Positions 1 to 8,605 of a stretch of 64,000 nucleotides of DNA are shown here, one piece after another. Under the pieces are notes generated by a model. It worked only from the letters and a program-made list of their open reading frames with translations. It did no database searches and had not been told where the DNA came from. The stretch lies in IMG/VR virus record IMGVR_UViG_3300046780_000733; one strand, given 5' to 3'. Every line of letters starts with the position of its first letter. The stretch's first letter is position 1. The translations under genes and the position numbers were made by a program. Source of the DNA: a virus.

Positions 1-1151
1 AGGTAGCCGAGTAGCGTGCCCGAGTCGTTGTAAATCGCGATCTTGCCCACGACGTTCGTCGGGGTCGCGGTGGTGGAAGCCGCGTAGCCGCCGTTCGCGA
101 AGCTGACCTTGCCTCGCAGTGTCATGACGCCCGCCGCGGGCCGCGAGATACTTGCCCGGTTGGCATCGTTGGTATCGAGCCCGAACACGAGGCCTCCGCC
201 CTCGCCAGTGCCTTCGGAGACAAACGAGCCCAGCCTGGCACACGACGTGCCCGCATTCTTCGCCTTGACGACGACTCCACGCCCGACCTGGCCCTGGTCA
301 CCGCCCCATGCTTGGTTCCCGGTCGGAGGTCCCCACACCCCCACGCTGCTACCAACCTGAATAGCGTTAGTGAAAGCGTCTCCCGTACCACCGGTGGCAA
401 TGCCGCCGACGAAATATCCGACATCCATCGGGTAGATCGTCGCCTGCGTGTTGCTGGCAATTTCTCCCACGCAATGCGTCTCGAATCCAGGTCCAGCGGC
501 TCTGAGCGACTGCAACGCCATTCCCGCGGAAAGCCCCCCCGAGGGCGAACCATTGTAGTAGTTGTTTGTCACCAGCGAGACGCCGTTGAGCAATCTCGGC
601 TGCACCCCGATCGGCCCGTGCAGCCCCCAATCGGTAAACCAGAAGTCGCCTCCGGCAATCAGATGATTGTCATAAGTGCCGCCCAACATGGCCATGAACA
701 GGCACGCGTACTCATTCAGCGCCGAGCCCTGATTGAGCACGTTCACGGTCGAACTCAGGCCGTGACAGGTGCCGTAACTGGGTCCATTCACGCCGACGCG
801 AGTGTAGGTCGTGATTCCGTAAGAGACACCGGAGGAAGGATTGTATGACGGATCATTATTGTCAATATCGACGTGCGAGCCGATCCCACCCTTGTGGCTG
901 CGCACGTCGGTGCCATCATAGAACCGATCAGTTTGCAGCAGATGGGTGTAGACGGTGAGGCCGATGTTGAGGTCAGCCGGCGTCGCAACGTAAACCGTCG
1001 CGGAGCCGGGAAGGTGCCAAACTCCGGACGAAAAGAACCCCTGGTTGTTGGCCGGCGAATCGTTGAAACCGATCTGGTCTGCGTGCGTGCTGGTCTGGAA
1101 AATCGCCGGGAGCGTCCCGCCACCAGAAGGAGGTATCCAGTTTGCTGACAT
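1..1151 (-). CDS. Tail fibre/spike-like virion protein (3' end runs off the window)
   Basis: Not in the ORF track. ATG at 1151 after a GAGG RBS; my manual translation reads MSANWIPPSGGG...ATPTNVVGKIAIYNDSGTLLGYL to the edge. Gly/Thr/Ser-rich, in the structural operon. Confidence 0.6.
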   Translation of the reverse strand, partial: MSANWIPPSGGGTLPAIFQTSTHADQIGFNDSPANNQGFFSSGVWHLPGSATVYVATPADLNIGLTVYTHLLQTDRFYDGTDVRSHKGGIGSHVDIDNNDPSYNPSSGVSYGITTYTRVGVNGPSYGTCHGLSSTVNVLNQGSALNEYACLFMAMLGGTYDNHLIAGGDFWFTDWGLHGPIGVQPRLLNGVSLVTNNYYNGSPSGGLSAGMALQSLRAAGPGFETHCVGEIASNTQATIYPMDVGYFVGGIATGGTGDAFTNAIQVGSSVGVWGPPTGNQAWGGDQGQVGRGVVVKAKNAGTSCARLGSFVSEGTGEGGGLVFGLDTNDANRASISRPAAGVMTLRGKVSFANGGYAASTTATPTNVVGKIAIYNDSGTLLGY

Positions 1152-1232
1152 CAAGTCCTCGCTTCAAATACTGACCGTCTCGAAAACAGCGATTTCCGAA
1201 TTCATGCGATAGGTGCCGGAAGGAGGCACTGC

Positions 1233-1898
1233 ATGAAAGCGGAAGAGATGATCGACAAAGAGTTCGGACGTTACACTGTGATCTCGCTGGCCCCACGCGA
1301 CTCAGGTGGAAGGGCCAAAGCGTTGTGCCGCTGCCAGTGCGGCACCGAGAAGATCGTTGACTGCTATTCACTCAAAAAGGGAACGTCAACAAGTTGCGGA
1401 TGCCGACGAGACGAGGTGACAACCGCCAGAAACATCACCCACGGCATGTGCGGCACCAGAGAACACAATATCTGGAGATCCATGATCCTCAGATGCACAC
1501 AGGAATCTCGCGGTGACTACAAGCACTACGGCGGAAAAGGCGTAAAAATCTGCGACGAATGGCTGGGGGAGAAGGGATTCGAGAACTTCTACTCCCATAT
1601 TGGTCCATGTCCTTCGCTTGACCACACGATCGACAGGAAAGAGTCAAATGGCCACTACGAGCCAGGAAACGTCCGATGGGCCACCATGGAGGAGCAGGCT
1701 CGCAACAAGAGCAACAATCGGATGCTGACGTACAAGGGAGAGACCAAGTGCCTTGCCGAGTGGGTCGAGATTACTGGCCTCACGAGGGCAGCACTTACGT
1801 TTCGCATCGACCGAAGGGGGTGGAGCGTTGAGAAGGCGCTATCAACTCCACTGATCATACATCGTCGCATCTCAAACATCGGTCACATCAACAATTAA
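1233..1898 (+). CDS. HNH homing endonuclease, antisense insertion in the structural operon
   Basis: CRCQCG..SCGC, HGMCGT.EH.IW.SM..RC, HTIDRKESNGHYEPGNVRWAT motifs; AGGAGG RBS. Confidence 0.85.
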   Translation: MKAEEMIDKEFGRYTVISLAPRDSGGRAKALCRCQCGTEKIVDCYSLKKGTSTSCGCRRDEVTTARNITHGMCGTREHNIWRSMILRCTQESRGDYKHYGGKGVKICDEWLGEKGFENFYSHIGPCPSLDHTIDRKESNGHYEPGNVRWATMEEQARNKSNNRMLTYKGETKCLAEWVEITGLTRAALTFRIDRRGWSVEKALSTPLIIHRRISNIGHINN

Positions 1899-2350
1899 GC
1901 ATTTTCGAATACAGGCTGGAGACTGAGTATATCCCCATTGGCAAGCGTTCTCGGGGTGGCGAACGCCTCGGCCATGATGAGTTTGCCGCTGCTGGCACCC
2001 AGGACGAAGTACCCGTAGATGGTGTCTCCGGTGGTGCCACAGGTCCACGACTGCGGCGCGGACCCGTACTGGGTGTGGCCGACCGCTGTCCTCGACGACC
2101 ACGGGGGAGATCCGGACGGTGCCTGAGACACCGGGGTATTCCACGTGGACGAACCGATCGAGCGAGTCAGCGTCTTGCGAGCGTAACTCGTGAACGCCGT
2201 CTCGTGCGCGGTGTAGGTGGCGGCGGCGTCCGTCTCGGCGGGCGTGATGTTGGAGTTGAACAGGCAGAGGAGCCAGTTCTCCAGCGAGCCCCCGCCCATC
2301 AGGTCGCTCATCAACTGGAGTTCCCCTTCGTGGCAGACAAGCAGAGCCAT
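1895..2350 (-). CDS. Small virion structural/fibre-associated protein
   Basis: 151 aa with LCLF..N.TP..TD, YARKTL, IYGYFV..GKL.MAE.F pattern typical of phage minor structural proteins; operon context. Confidence 0.55.
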   Translation of the reverse strand: MALLVCHEGELQLMSDLMGGGSLENWLLCLFNSNITPAETDAAATYTAHETAFTSYARKTLTRSIGSSTWNTPVSQAPSGSPPWSSRTAVGHTQYGSAPQSWTCGTTGDTIYGYFVLGASSGKLIMAEAFATPRTLANGDILSLQPVFENA

Positions 2351-2368
2351 CTCGATATCACCTTTCAG

Positions 2369-3235
2369 TTAGTGCTGAAATTCTGGATCGAAGTCGAATT
2401 CGTAGTCGAGTTCCCAGCAGAAGAAATCCACGCCGTACATGGTCTTTGCGAGCCGCTGCGGAGGCAGCGTGGGTTGACGGTTGCAGCCCTGCTCGATACC
2501 GTCGGCCCACACCAGCGGTTGCCGAGTCGAGGTGTTGTTCTGGTTTCGGCTGTCGATGAAATTCTGGACGGCCTCTCCGCAGGTGCGAACCGTGGTCAGG
2601 CTATTACCGTAGATCCCGAGTGTGAGCCTGATCTGGTTGTGTTCGACGGCCTCGCCTGGCTGTTCCTCGGTGTAGTCGTCGATCTTCACGAACGGCAATT
2701 TCACCTTGGCGCCGGGCCAATTTGTGTAGATTCGTGCCGGGCTTCCAATTGATACGGCCAAATCGGAACTACCGCGGATTGCGGCCACGAGTGCGGCGAG
2801 AAATGTCTCGGGGATGCCGCCGACCTGGAAGCCGCCGCCGCCGAGCTTCATCCCGGCCGACGCGAAGATCGTCGTCGAGAGGCCCTTGTACCCTTGAAGC
2901 AGCATGTCGTGGACGGGTCCACCCATGCCCTGGACGATGACGTTCTCGACGAGAGAAGTGGGCGGAATGATCTGAGATGGGCCAGGGACGTATCCTTGAC
3001 GCAGCAGGTCGGGGATCGTCGATCCCAACCCGAACGTGATGAGATTGCCGCTGATCGTCGCCTGCGACCCTGAGAAGTATCCCTGCCGCAGCAGATCGAC
3101 TACCGTCGAACCCAGGCCGAACGTGATGAAGTTGCCGTGGGTGGGAAGATTGGCGCGGCCGCCCTGTGCCATCCCACCAGAGGCAATGATCGTGGAGGAG
3201 CCGCTGACGGATGGTAAGAGTAGGAGTGTAAGCAT
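2369..3235 (-). CDS. Tail-completion (DUF3168/gp17-like) domain with N-terminal repeats
   Basis: C-terminal AALVAAIRGSSDLAVSIG..RIYTNWP..LPFVKI..IRLTLGIYG resembles tail terminators; N-terminal ITFGLG..DLLRQGY repeats. Confidence 0.6.
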   Translation of the reverse strand: MLTLLLLPSVSGSSTIIASGGMAQGGRANLPTHGNFITFGLGSTVVDLLRQGYFSGSQATISGNLITFGLGSTIPDLLRQGYVPGPSQIIPPTSLVENVIVQGMGGPVHDMLLQGYKGLSTTIFASAGMKLGGGGFQVGGIPETFLAALVAAIRGSSDLAVSIGSPARIYTNWPGAKVKLPFVKIDDYTEEQPGEAVEHNQIRLTLGIYGNSLTTVRTCGEAVQNFIDSRNQNNTSTRQPLVWADGIEQGCNRQPTLPPQRLAKTMYGVDFFCWELDYEFDFDPEFQH

Positions 3236-3325
3236 CAGACCTCGACGTAGTCAGGCGGTACGATCTTCGCCGTAGACTTGCGGCGGTTGCCCCCGTTGAG
3301 TTCGCGGATCTCGGCCGCGATAACG

Positions 3326-4939
3326 CTAAATTTCGACATACGTTAGCTCGCCGCCGACAGCGACTGATGCCGAGAGATTAATGTCGAGAGCCTCGCCGCT
3401 GACGGTCTGGAAGATGCCCACCGGACAGTAGGCACCGCCGGCCGCCGCGTACTGGGTGAGATAGTGGAGGCCGGTTATGTCGGTAGGGGTGACATGGGAT
3501 TGCCACTTGATATTCACTGATCCGTTGGAGCTGAGGCTCCACCGAAGTACGCGTATGCGCTTCCCGCCCACGGCCGACACGACGGTAGTCGCTCCTGACG
3601 CGCTCGCGACGATGGTTGCGAACTTCGGCGTCAACGCCGTAGTGCCGCTGTAGAGTGTACCGGTTTCGTGGCTGGCCGAGACTTGGCCGAGTAGGTTGGT
3701 GCCCGCCGGCAGGGCGTTGGTGATCGCGGTGACAGCCGTGACCGTGCTGACGGTGGTGACGGTTCCCACGTTCCACGTGCCAGACTGAGATGCCTGAACG
3801 GCGAATGTCCCAGTGCCTACCACGGTCGCGTTGAGATTCGCTGCCGTGGCTTGGCTGACGAGCAGGGAATTGGTGAGTTGCGGCTGATCGGTCGCGAGTA
3901 CCACGCGGAGTGTGCCCGCAGACTTGTTGCCCGAGTTCGTGTCCGTGGTGGTGCCGGCCAACTGATCGACATTGGCTTGTACTTTAGAACTGGAGACCGC
4001 GCCCGCTAGCGTGGCCAGGTTTCCCCCGGTCTCCAGGGCCAGGGCCGAAGTGTTGAGGTTCGTTCCTGCGTTGGCTGTAACTGTCCCGCTGACAGGCTGT
4101 GTCGCTTGCCAGAATGTACCGCTGACAGGCTGGGTAACTCCGCTGCCATCGACATTCAGGGCGGTCATCGAGGCAATGCCCTGAACCGTCAAGACGTCGC
4201 CCGATGCCGACCCTGCCGTGCCGAGCGCGGGCTGCTTGGCCGACGTCGATGCACCCGAAGGCAATGGGAGCGATACCGCGGAGACGGCGAAGGTGCCAGT
4301 GCCAGCGTTGGCCGTGACGGTTCCCGCGACCGTCTGGGTTCCCGACGGCGTCACGAGCACGCGAAGATTCCCATTGGTGTCCAGACTCAGCGGGCTTGTC
4401 TGGGCCGTGGTGTAACTCGGCGACGATGTCGTGACAGCAGCCTGAACGAGAGGGCCTTTTTCCCCCGAGGTTGACGATCCCTGGGTTACCAGGATGCCAC
4501 TGATGCTCGCGTCGAGGGCCAACGCGCTTGTGTTAAGATTCGTTCCTGCGTTGGCTGTCACGGAACCACTGATGGGCTGAGTGGCCTGCCAGAAGGTCCC
4601 ACTGACAGGTTGCGTTGCGGCCGAACCATCTACCTTGAGAGCGGTCATTGACGCGATACCCTGCACGGTAATCACGTCCGAAGCAGCCGTACCCGCGGTT
4701 CCGATCGCGGGCTGATTCGCGGAGGTTGCAGCCCCGGACGGGAGCGGCAATGAGGCGACGGATACAGCTTGCGTCGTCTGCCAGAATGTGCCGGTGACGG
4801 GCATAGCCCCGGCGATAAGCGATTCATCGCCCGAGCCCGACAGGTCAATGGTGACGACCTGTGTCTTGTTCCCATTCTTTAGGATGTCGCGGATCGAGTC
4901 GCCTCCGGACATCGCGTTGATCGTTGTATTGTCAGGCAT
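3326..4939 (-). CDS. Beta-strand-repeat virion fibre protein
   Basis: 537 aa with repeated VDGS..TQPVSGTFWQATQP.SG.VTANAGTNLNTSALAL units. Confidence 0.6.
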   Translation of the reverse strand: MPDNTTINAMSGGDSIRDILKNGNKTQVVTIDLSGSGDESLIAGAMPVTGTFWQTTQAVSVASLPLPSGAATSANQPAIGTAGTAASDVITVQGIASMTALKVDGSAATQPVSGTFWQATQPISGSVTANAGTNLNTSALALDASISGILVTQGSSTSGEKGPLVQAAVTTSSPSYTTAQTSPLSLDTNGNLRVLVTPSGTQTVAGTVTANAGTGTFAVSAVSLPLPSGASTSAKQPALGTAGSASGDVLTVQGIASMTALNVDGSGVTQPVSGTFWQATQPVSGTVTANAGTNLNTSALALETGGNLATLAGAVSSSKVQANVDQLAGTTTDTNSGNKSAGTLRVVLATDQPQLTNSLLVSQATAANLNATVVGTGTFAVQASQSGTWNVGTVTTVSTVTAVTAITNALPAGTNLLGQVSASHETGTLYSGTTALTPKFATIVASASGATTVVSAVGGKRIRVLRWSLSSNGSVNIKWQSHVTPTDITGLHYLTQYAAAGGAYCPVGIFQTVSGEALDINLSASVAVGGELTYVEI

Positions 4940-4942
4940 GCC

Positions 4943-6295
4943 TCAACACTCCACGCAGACTATAAGGTTTCCGCCGGACGGGTCTGTGTGCTGCACGGCG
5001 CCGATATCCTCGCTGTCTGTCTGGCCGTAGACGCCGATGCCGGCTGCACGAAGTTGGGCGCCACCAGGGCTGTTGGCGTTGGGCCGAAAATCGCCGCCAG
5101 CTTGATTGACGTAGGGATCAGCACCCAACGAGGTCAAGGTGCTGCCGCTGGCGAACGGACCCAAGTTGGAAACAGGGGTTCCGCTGGCATTTGCGTTGTT
5201 ATTGTAAGCTGCACAGTTATACATGGTTGCAATTGATGCACCCAGCGCAAAACCGGTCCCGCCCGTGCAGTTTGAGGCGATACAATTGATCGTCGTTCCG
5301 TTCGACAATATGAAAGCATTGGTGCTACAACTGTCTGAAATACAATTGAGCATATTGATAGTCGAATACCCTGTAGTTCCACCTGTTGCGACGCAATGGA
5401 TACACGAGATAGTTCCACTAAACCCGGTTGTGCACCCAGTTGCTCGGCAGCCATGAACTACAGCGGAATTGGAACCAGTAAACCCGGACAAGCATGTATC
5501 CGCAAGACACTGGACAGCATGCCCTGGCGATCCATTGACATTGAATCCCACTCCTACGGTTCCACTGCATCCAGTTGCGATACAGCCTACTGTTCCTCCG
5601 CGAGTGGATGTCTGAAAACCGCCAACGTTGTTGACCGAATTGCCATTGGCTTTCAAGTTCTCAAAGCACACCTGCGCGGTGCCGGATTGTGAGATCAGGT
5701 ACGTTATTCCACCCGGAGCCGATGCTGTCCATTTGTAGGAAGGAAGGTTGCCAGTGGCATCACCACGAGATGCATCGTATCCTCGTATTCTAATGTTTAG
5801 TGCGCTGACCAACATCGGACCCGCTGGGCCGGCTGTCGATGTCGAGCACACATAATCGGTTGCATTGTATTTGATCCATATTGTCTGCCCACTGACGAGC
5901 TGGCCACCGATGCCGCCGGAAACGGTGGTGAACACTCCCGGAGTCGCGAACGCGCCACCGATATTGAGCGTGACCCCGGTCCCCGTCGTGAGGCCCGTGG
6001 AGCGATCAACGGTGATGCTGGTGGCGCTGTTGCGTACCGTGATCTCGTACCAGTTCGCGGCGACGGAACCAGTGCCACCCGAAACATAGACAAGGTTGCC
6101 TACGACATCCGTTCCAAATGCCGCCGTTGCCGACGTAATGGTGGTCGTGCCGGCAGTGACGCCATCGGAAACCGCGTACTGAGCGGTATTCTGCAATGAC
6201 CAATCAGTACCGGATGCGCCGGCCTTAAAGCCGCCCGAATTAGTATCGCTTCCGCCCTGGCGTACTTCAAATTGGATCGCTGCGTTAAGAGCCAT
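4943..6295 (-). CDS. Virion protein with parallel beta-helix (pectin-lyase-like) region
   Basis: 450 aa; Cys/Asn ladder repeats (C.A.GC..GF, NCI..NC) and a DFRP..SP..AG...DIGAVQ C-terminus. Confidence 0.55.
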   Translation of the reverse strand: MALNAAIQFEVRQGGSDTNSGGFKAGASGTDWSLQNTAQYAVSDGVTAGTTTITSATAAFGTDVVGNLVYVSGGTGSVAANWYEITVRNSATSITVDRSTGLTTGTGVTLNIGGAFATPGVFTTVSGGIGGQLVSGQTIWIKYNATDYVCSTSTAGPAGPMLVSALNIRIRGYDASRGDATGNLPSYKWTASAPGGITYLISQSGTAQVCFENLKANGNSVNNVGGFQTSTRGGTVGCIATGCSGTVGVGFNVNGSPGHAVQCLADTCLSGFTGSNSAVVHGCRATGCTTGFSGTISCIHCVATGGTTGYSTINMLNCISDSCSTNAFILSNGTTINCIASNCTGGTGFALGASIATMYNCAAYNNNANASGTPVSNLGPFASGSTLTSLGADPYVNQAGGDFRPNANSPGGAQLRAAGIGVYGQTDSEDIGAVQHTDPSGGNLIVCVEC

Positions 6296-6367
6296 GGTTT
6301 ACCTGTCAGGTCTGACTGGGCCGCGCGATAGTGTTAGTGACGCCCGCCATGCAGGCGAGGCGATAAA

Positions 6368-6382
6368 GTTTCCGCCGGAAAC
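6368..6382. repeat. GTTTCCGNCGGAAAC palindrome, copy 1 of 4
   Basis: ATAAAGTTTCCGCCGGAAACTTTAT. Confidence 0.85.
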
Positions 6383-6383
6383 T

Positions 6384-8603
6384 TTATGCCCTCTGAGTCG
6401 GAGCAGTGGCTGAATCCAGGGTAAACGTGCGGACAGCAGTAGAGCCATCCGGACCAAAGAGCGTGAGCGTGGTGCCGACCAACTGCCACTTGCCGAAGCC
6501 TTGTGCCCTGGCTGCATTCAAGGAGTCCCCGGTGGTCTGAGGCGTATTGGTTGTCGGGATCGCCTGAGTCAGGCTGATCTGGGCATTTCCCGAGTTGTCG
6601 GTGACCAGGGGATGCGACGGGTTCGACAGGATCACGGAGGCGATTGCGCTTGCCGTGATCTCGTTAGTCACTGTCGTAACGGTGGGGATCGTGACTCCCG
6701 TCTGCGTCGGCTGAAGGATCACGCGGCCCGTCGAGTCGGTGGCCAGTTTGTTGGCCGGGCTCGCGAGCAGCAGCGTCGCTGGATCTTCGCCCCCCGCGTA
6801 GGCACCCACGGTGACGTTGCCGGCGAGACTGGCCCCAGTGTTGCCGAGGCTGTGACCGATAACGTAACCCACGGTTGCCGGCGTCGCATAAGTGCTGGTC
6901 GGATTGGCCAGGGGGTCGGCGGACGAGCCGGCGGCGTTGATCTTGGCACCGGTCGATCCGGAACTGAGGTGCGAAGCGATCGGGGCGTCGAGGACCAGGG
7001 TCGCGGGATCTTGGCCACCCGCATAGGCTCCGATGGTCACGTTGCCGGCGGCCATCACAGTACCTGGGAACGCGACTCCGCTCGCCGCAGTCGCGGCCTG
7101 GCCACCAATCTGCGTGGTATTGCAGGCGTTGGTATTCGGGACGACAGTCGTGATCGCGGTTCCGTTCCAGTCTTTGGCGTTGACGTTCGGCAGATTGTTG
7201 CCGTCGAGGACTACGTTCTGTCCCGCAAACTGATAGGCGTCGGTCTCGACGAGCGCATCGATCGTATACTGCGAGGTAGAGTCCGGTGTCACGTCCCACG
7301 CCCGGTGCACTGTGGCAACCTTGGTGGACCCGTTGTAGGCGGTGATGAACCGTGCCTGTCCAGTCGCCGTACCAGCGACGATCGTGATCTGACGGCCGAC
7401 GTAAAAATTGGCAGTGCTGGGCTCGCCGGCAGCCAGGGTGATCGAACCGCTTGCCCCGGCCTGAGCCGTGCCGTTCGATACTGCGGCGGCAATACCGAGA
7501 AAGTACCCGACATCCACGATGGGCACGCCGTTGACATGGGTCGAGGCGACGGCGTTTCCTGTCCACTGGGTGACGTTGGCCCCGACCGTAGCAGTCACCG
7601 AGCCAACCGATCCAGTCACATTACCAGTCAGGTTGCCCGTGATATTCACCGTGGTGGCCGCGTTGCTGCCCGCGATGAAGTGGCCACCGGCCGCTCCGGG
7701 TGCCACGTTGGCGATGTACAAGCTCTTGCCGATCGAACTTGCCACGGTGAAGTCACCGGACGTAGCATCCTGCCACACCGCAGTGGCGATCGCCGCCCCG
7801 GTGAGTTGATTGGTCACCGTGGTGACGGTGTCAACGGTCCCGATGATGTGGGCGGTCAAACCCGTGGTGATCGAGGTCGCTGCATTGGTCCCCGCGATGA
7901 ACAGCCCGCTGGCCGCGCCGGGAGCGTTGCCGGACGTGTACAGAGATTTGCCGATGGAACTCGAAACCGTGAAGTCGCCTGATGTCGTGTCCTGCCATAC
8001 GCCGGTCGCGACCTGTGCGGCGGTGAGTTGGTTGGTTACGGTAGTGACCGTGGGGATAGTGACTCCAGTCTGGGTCGCCTGGAGCAATACCTTGCCCGCA
8101 GAATTCGAGATCGCCGCCGTACCGGTTCCGTCAACCAGGACCGCACCGGCAGATCCAGACACCACGTTCGGGAAAGCCGTCATTCCGCCGCGGACAACGT
8201 CGTATGGGTTGACGGCCCGAAGGGGAATCACGAAGTCACACTCGGCGAGATTCAAGGCGCCAGAGACCGTGACGTTCAGACTCTTTGCCGAAGATACCGC
8301 GAAACGAGCATCGGCGAACTGAAACTCGTACAGACCAGGGTGATTCGTGGCGTCCACTTCCTTGAATCGGCAGTTTGACGCCGACGGTGCCGCGTATGTG
8401 CCGAGCGTGGTAATCGTCTGGACGTGGGAGGCTGCCACCGTGTATGCCGTGGCCGAGGCTTCATTGTCGGCGATGGTCGAGATGATCAATCCCGAACTGG
8501 AACTCGTGAGCCCCGTGAGGCCTGCCCCAGTGGACACCGACGAGTTGCGGAGTTTGACACGGAGCACGACGGACGTCTGTCCATTCTGGATGTCGAAAAG
8601 CAT
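6384..8603 (-). CDS. Large repeat-containing virion fibre protein
   Basis: 739 aa Ala/Thr/Gly-rich; duplicated TA.(V/I)AT.VWQD.TSGDFTV.SSIGKSLY and LQ.TQTGVTIPTVTTVTN units. Confidence 0.6.
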   Translation of the reverse strand: MLFDIQNGQTSVVLRVKLRNSSVSTGAGLTGLTSSSSGLIISTIADNEASATAYTVAASHVQTITTLGTYAAPSASNCRFKEVDATNHPGLYEFQFADARFAVSSAKSLNVTVSGALNLAECDFVIPLRAVNPYDVVRGGMTAFPNVVSGSAGAVLVDGTGTAAISNSAGKVLLQATQTGVTIPTVTTVTNQLTAAQVATGVWQDTTSGDFTVSSSIGKSLYTSGNAPGAASGLFIAGTNAATSITTGLTAHIIGTVDTVTTVTNQLTGAAIATAVWQDATSGDFTVASSIGKSLYIANVAPGAAGGHFIAGSNAATTVNITGNLTGNVTGSVGSVTATVGANVTQWTGNAVASTHVNGVPIVDVGYFLGIAAAVSNGTAQAGASGSITLAAGEPSTANFYVGRQITIVAGTATGQARFITAYNGSTKVATVHRAWDVTPDSTSQYTIDALVETDAYQFAGQNVVLDGNNLPNVNAKDWNGTAITTVVPNTNACNTTQIGGQAATAASGVAFPGTVMAAGNVTIGAYAGGQDPATLVLDAPIASHLSSGSTGAKINAAGSSADPLANPTSTYATPATVGYVIGHSLGNTGASLAGNVTVGAYAGGEDPATLLLASPANKLATDSTGRVILQPTQTGVTIPTVTTVTNEITASAIASVILSNPSHPLVTDNSGNAQISLTQAIPTTNTPQTTGDSLNAARAQGFGKWQLVGTTLTLFGPDGSTAVRTFTLDSATAPTQRA

Positions 8604-8605
8604 AA

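Noticed and set aside
3236-3343. Duplicated gene end (YVEI-stop and YVEV-stop) suggesting an insertion scar
   Set aside because: Match too short to support.
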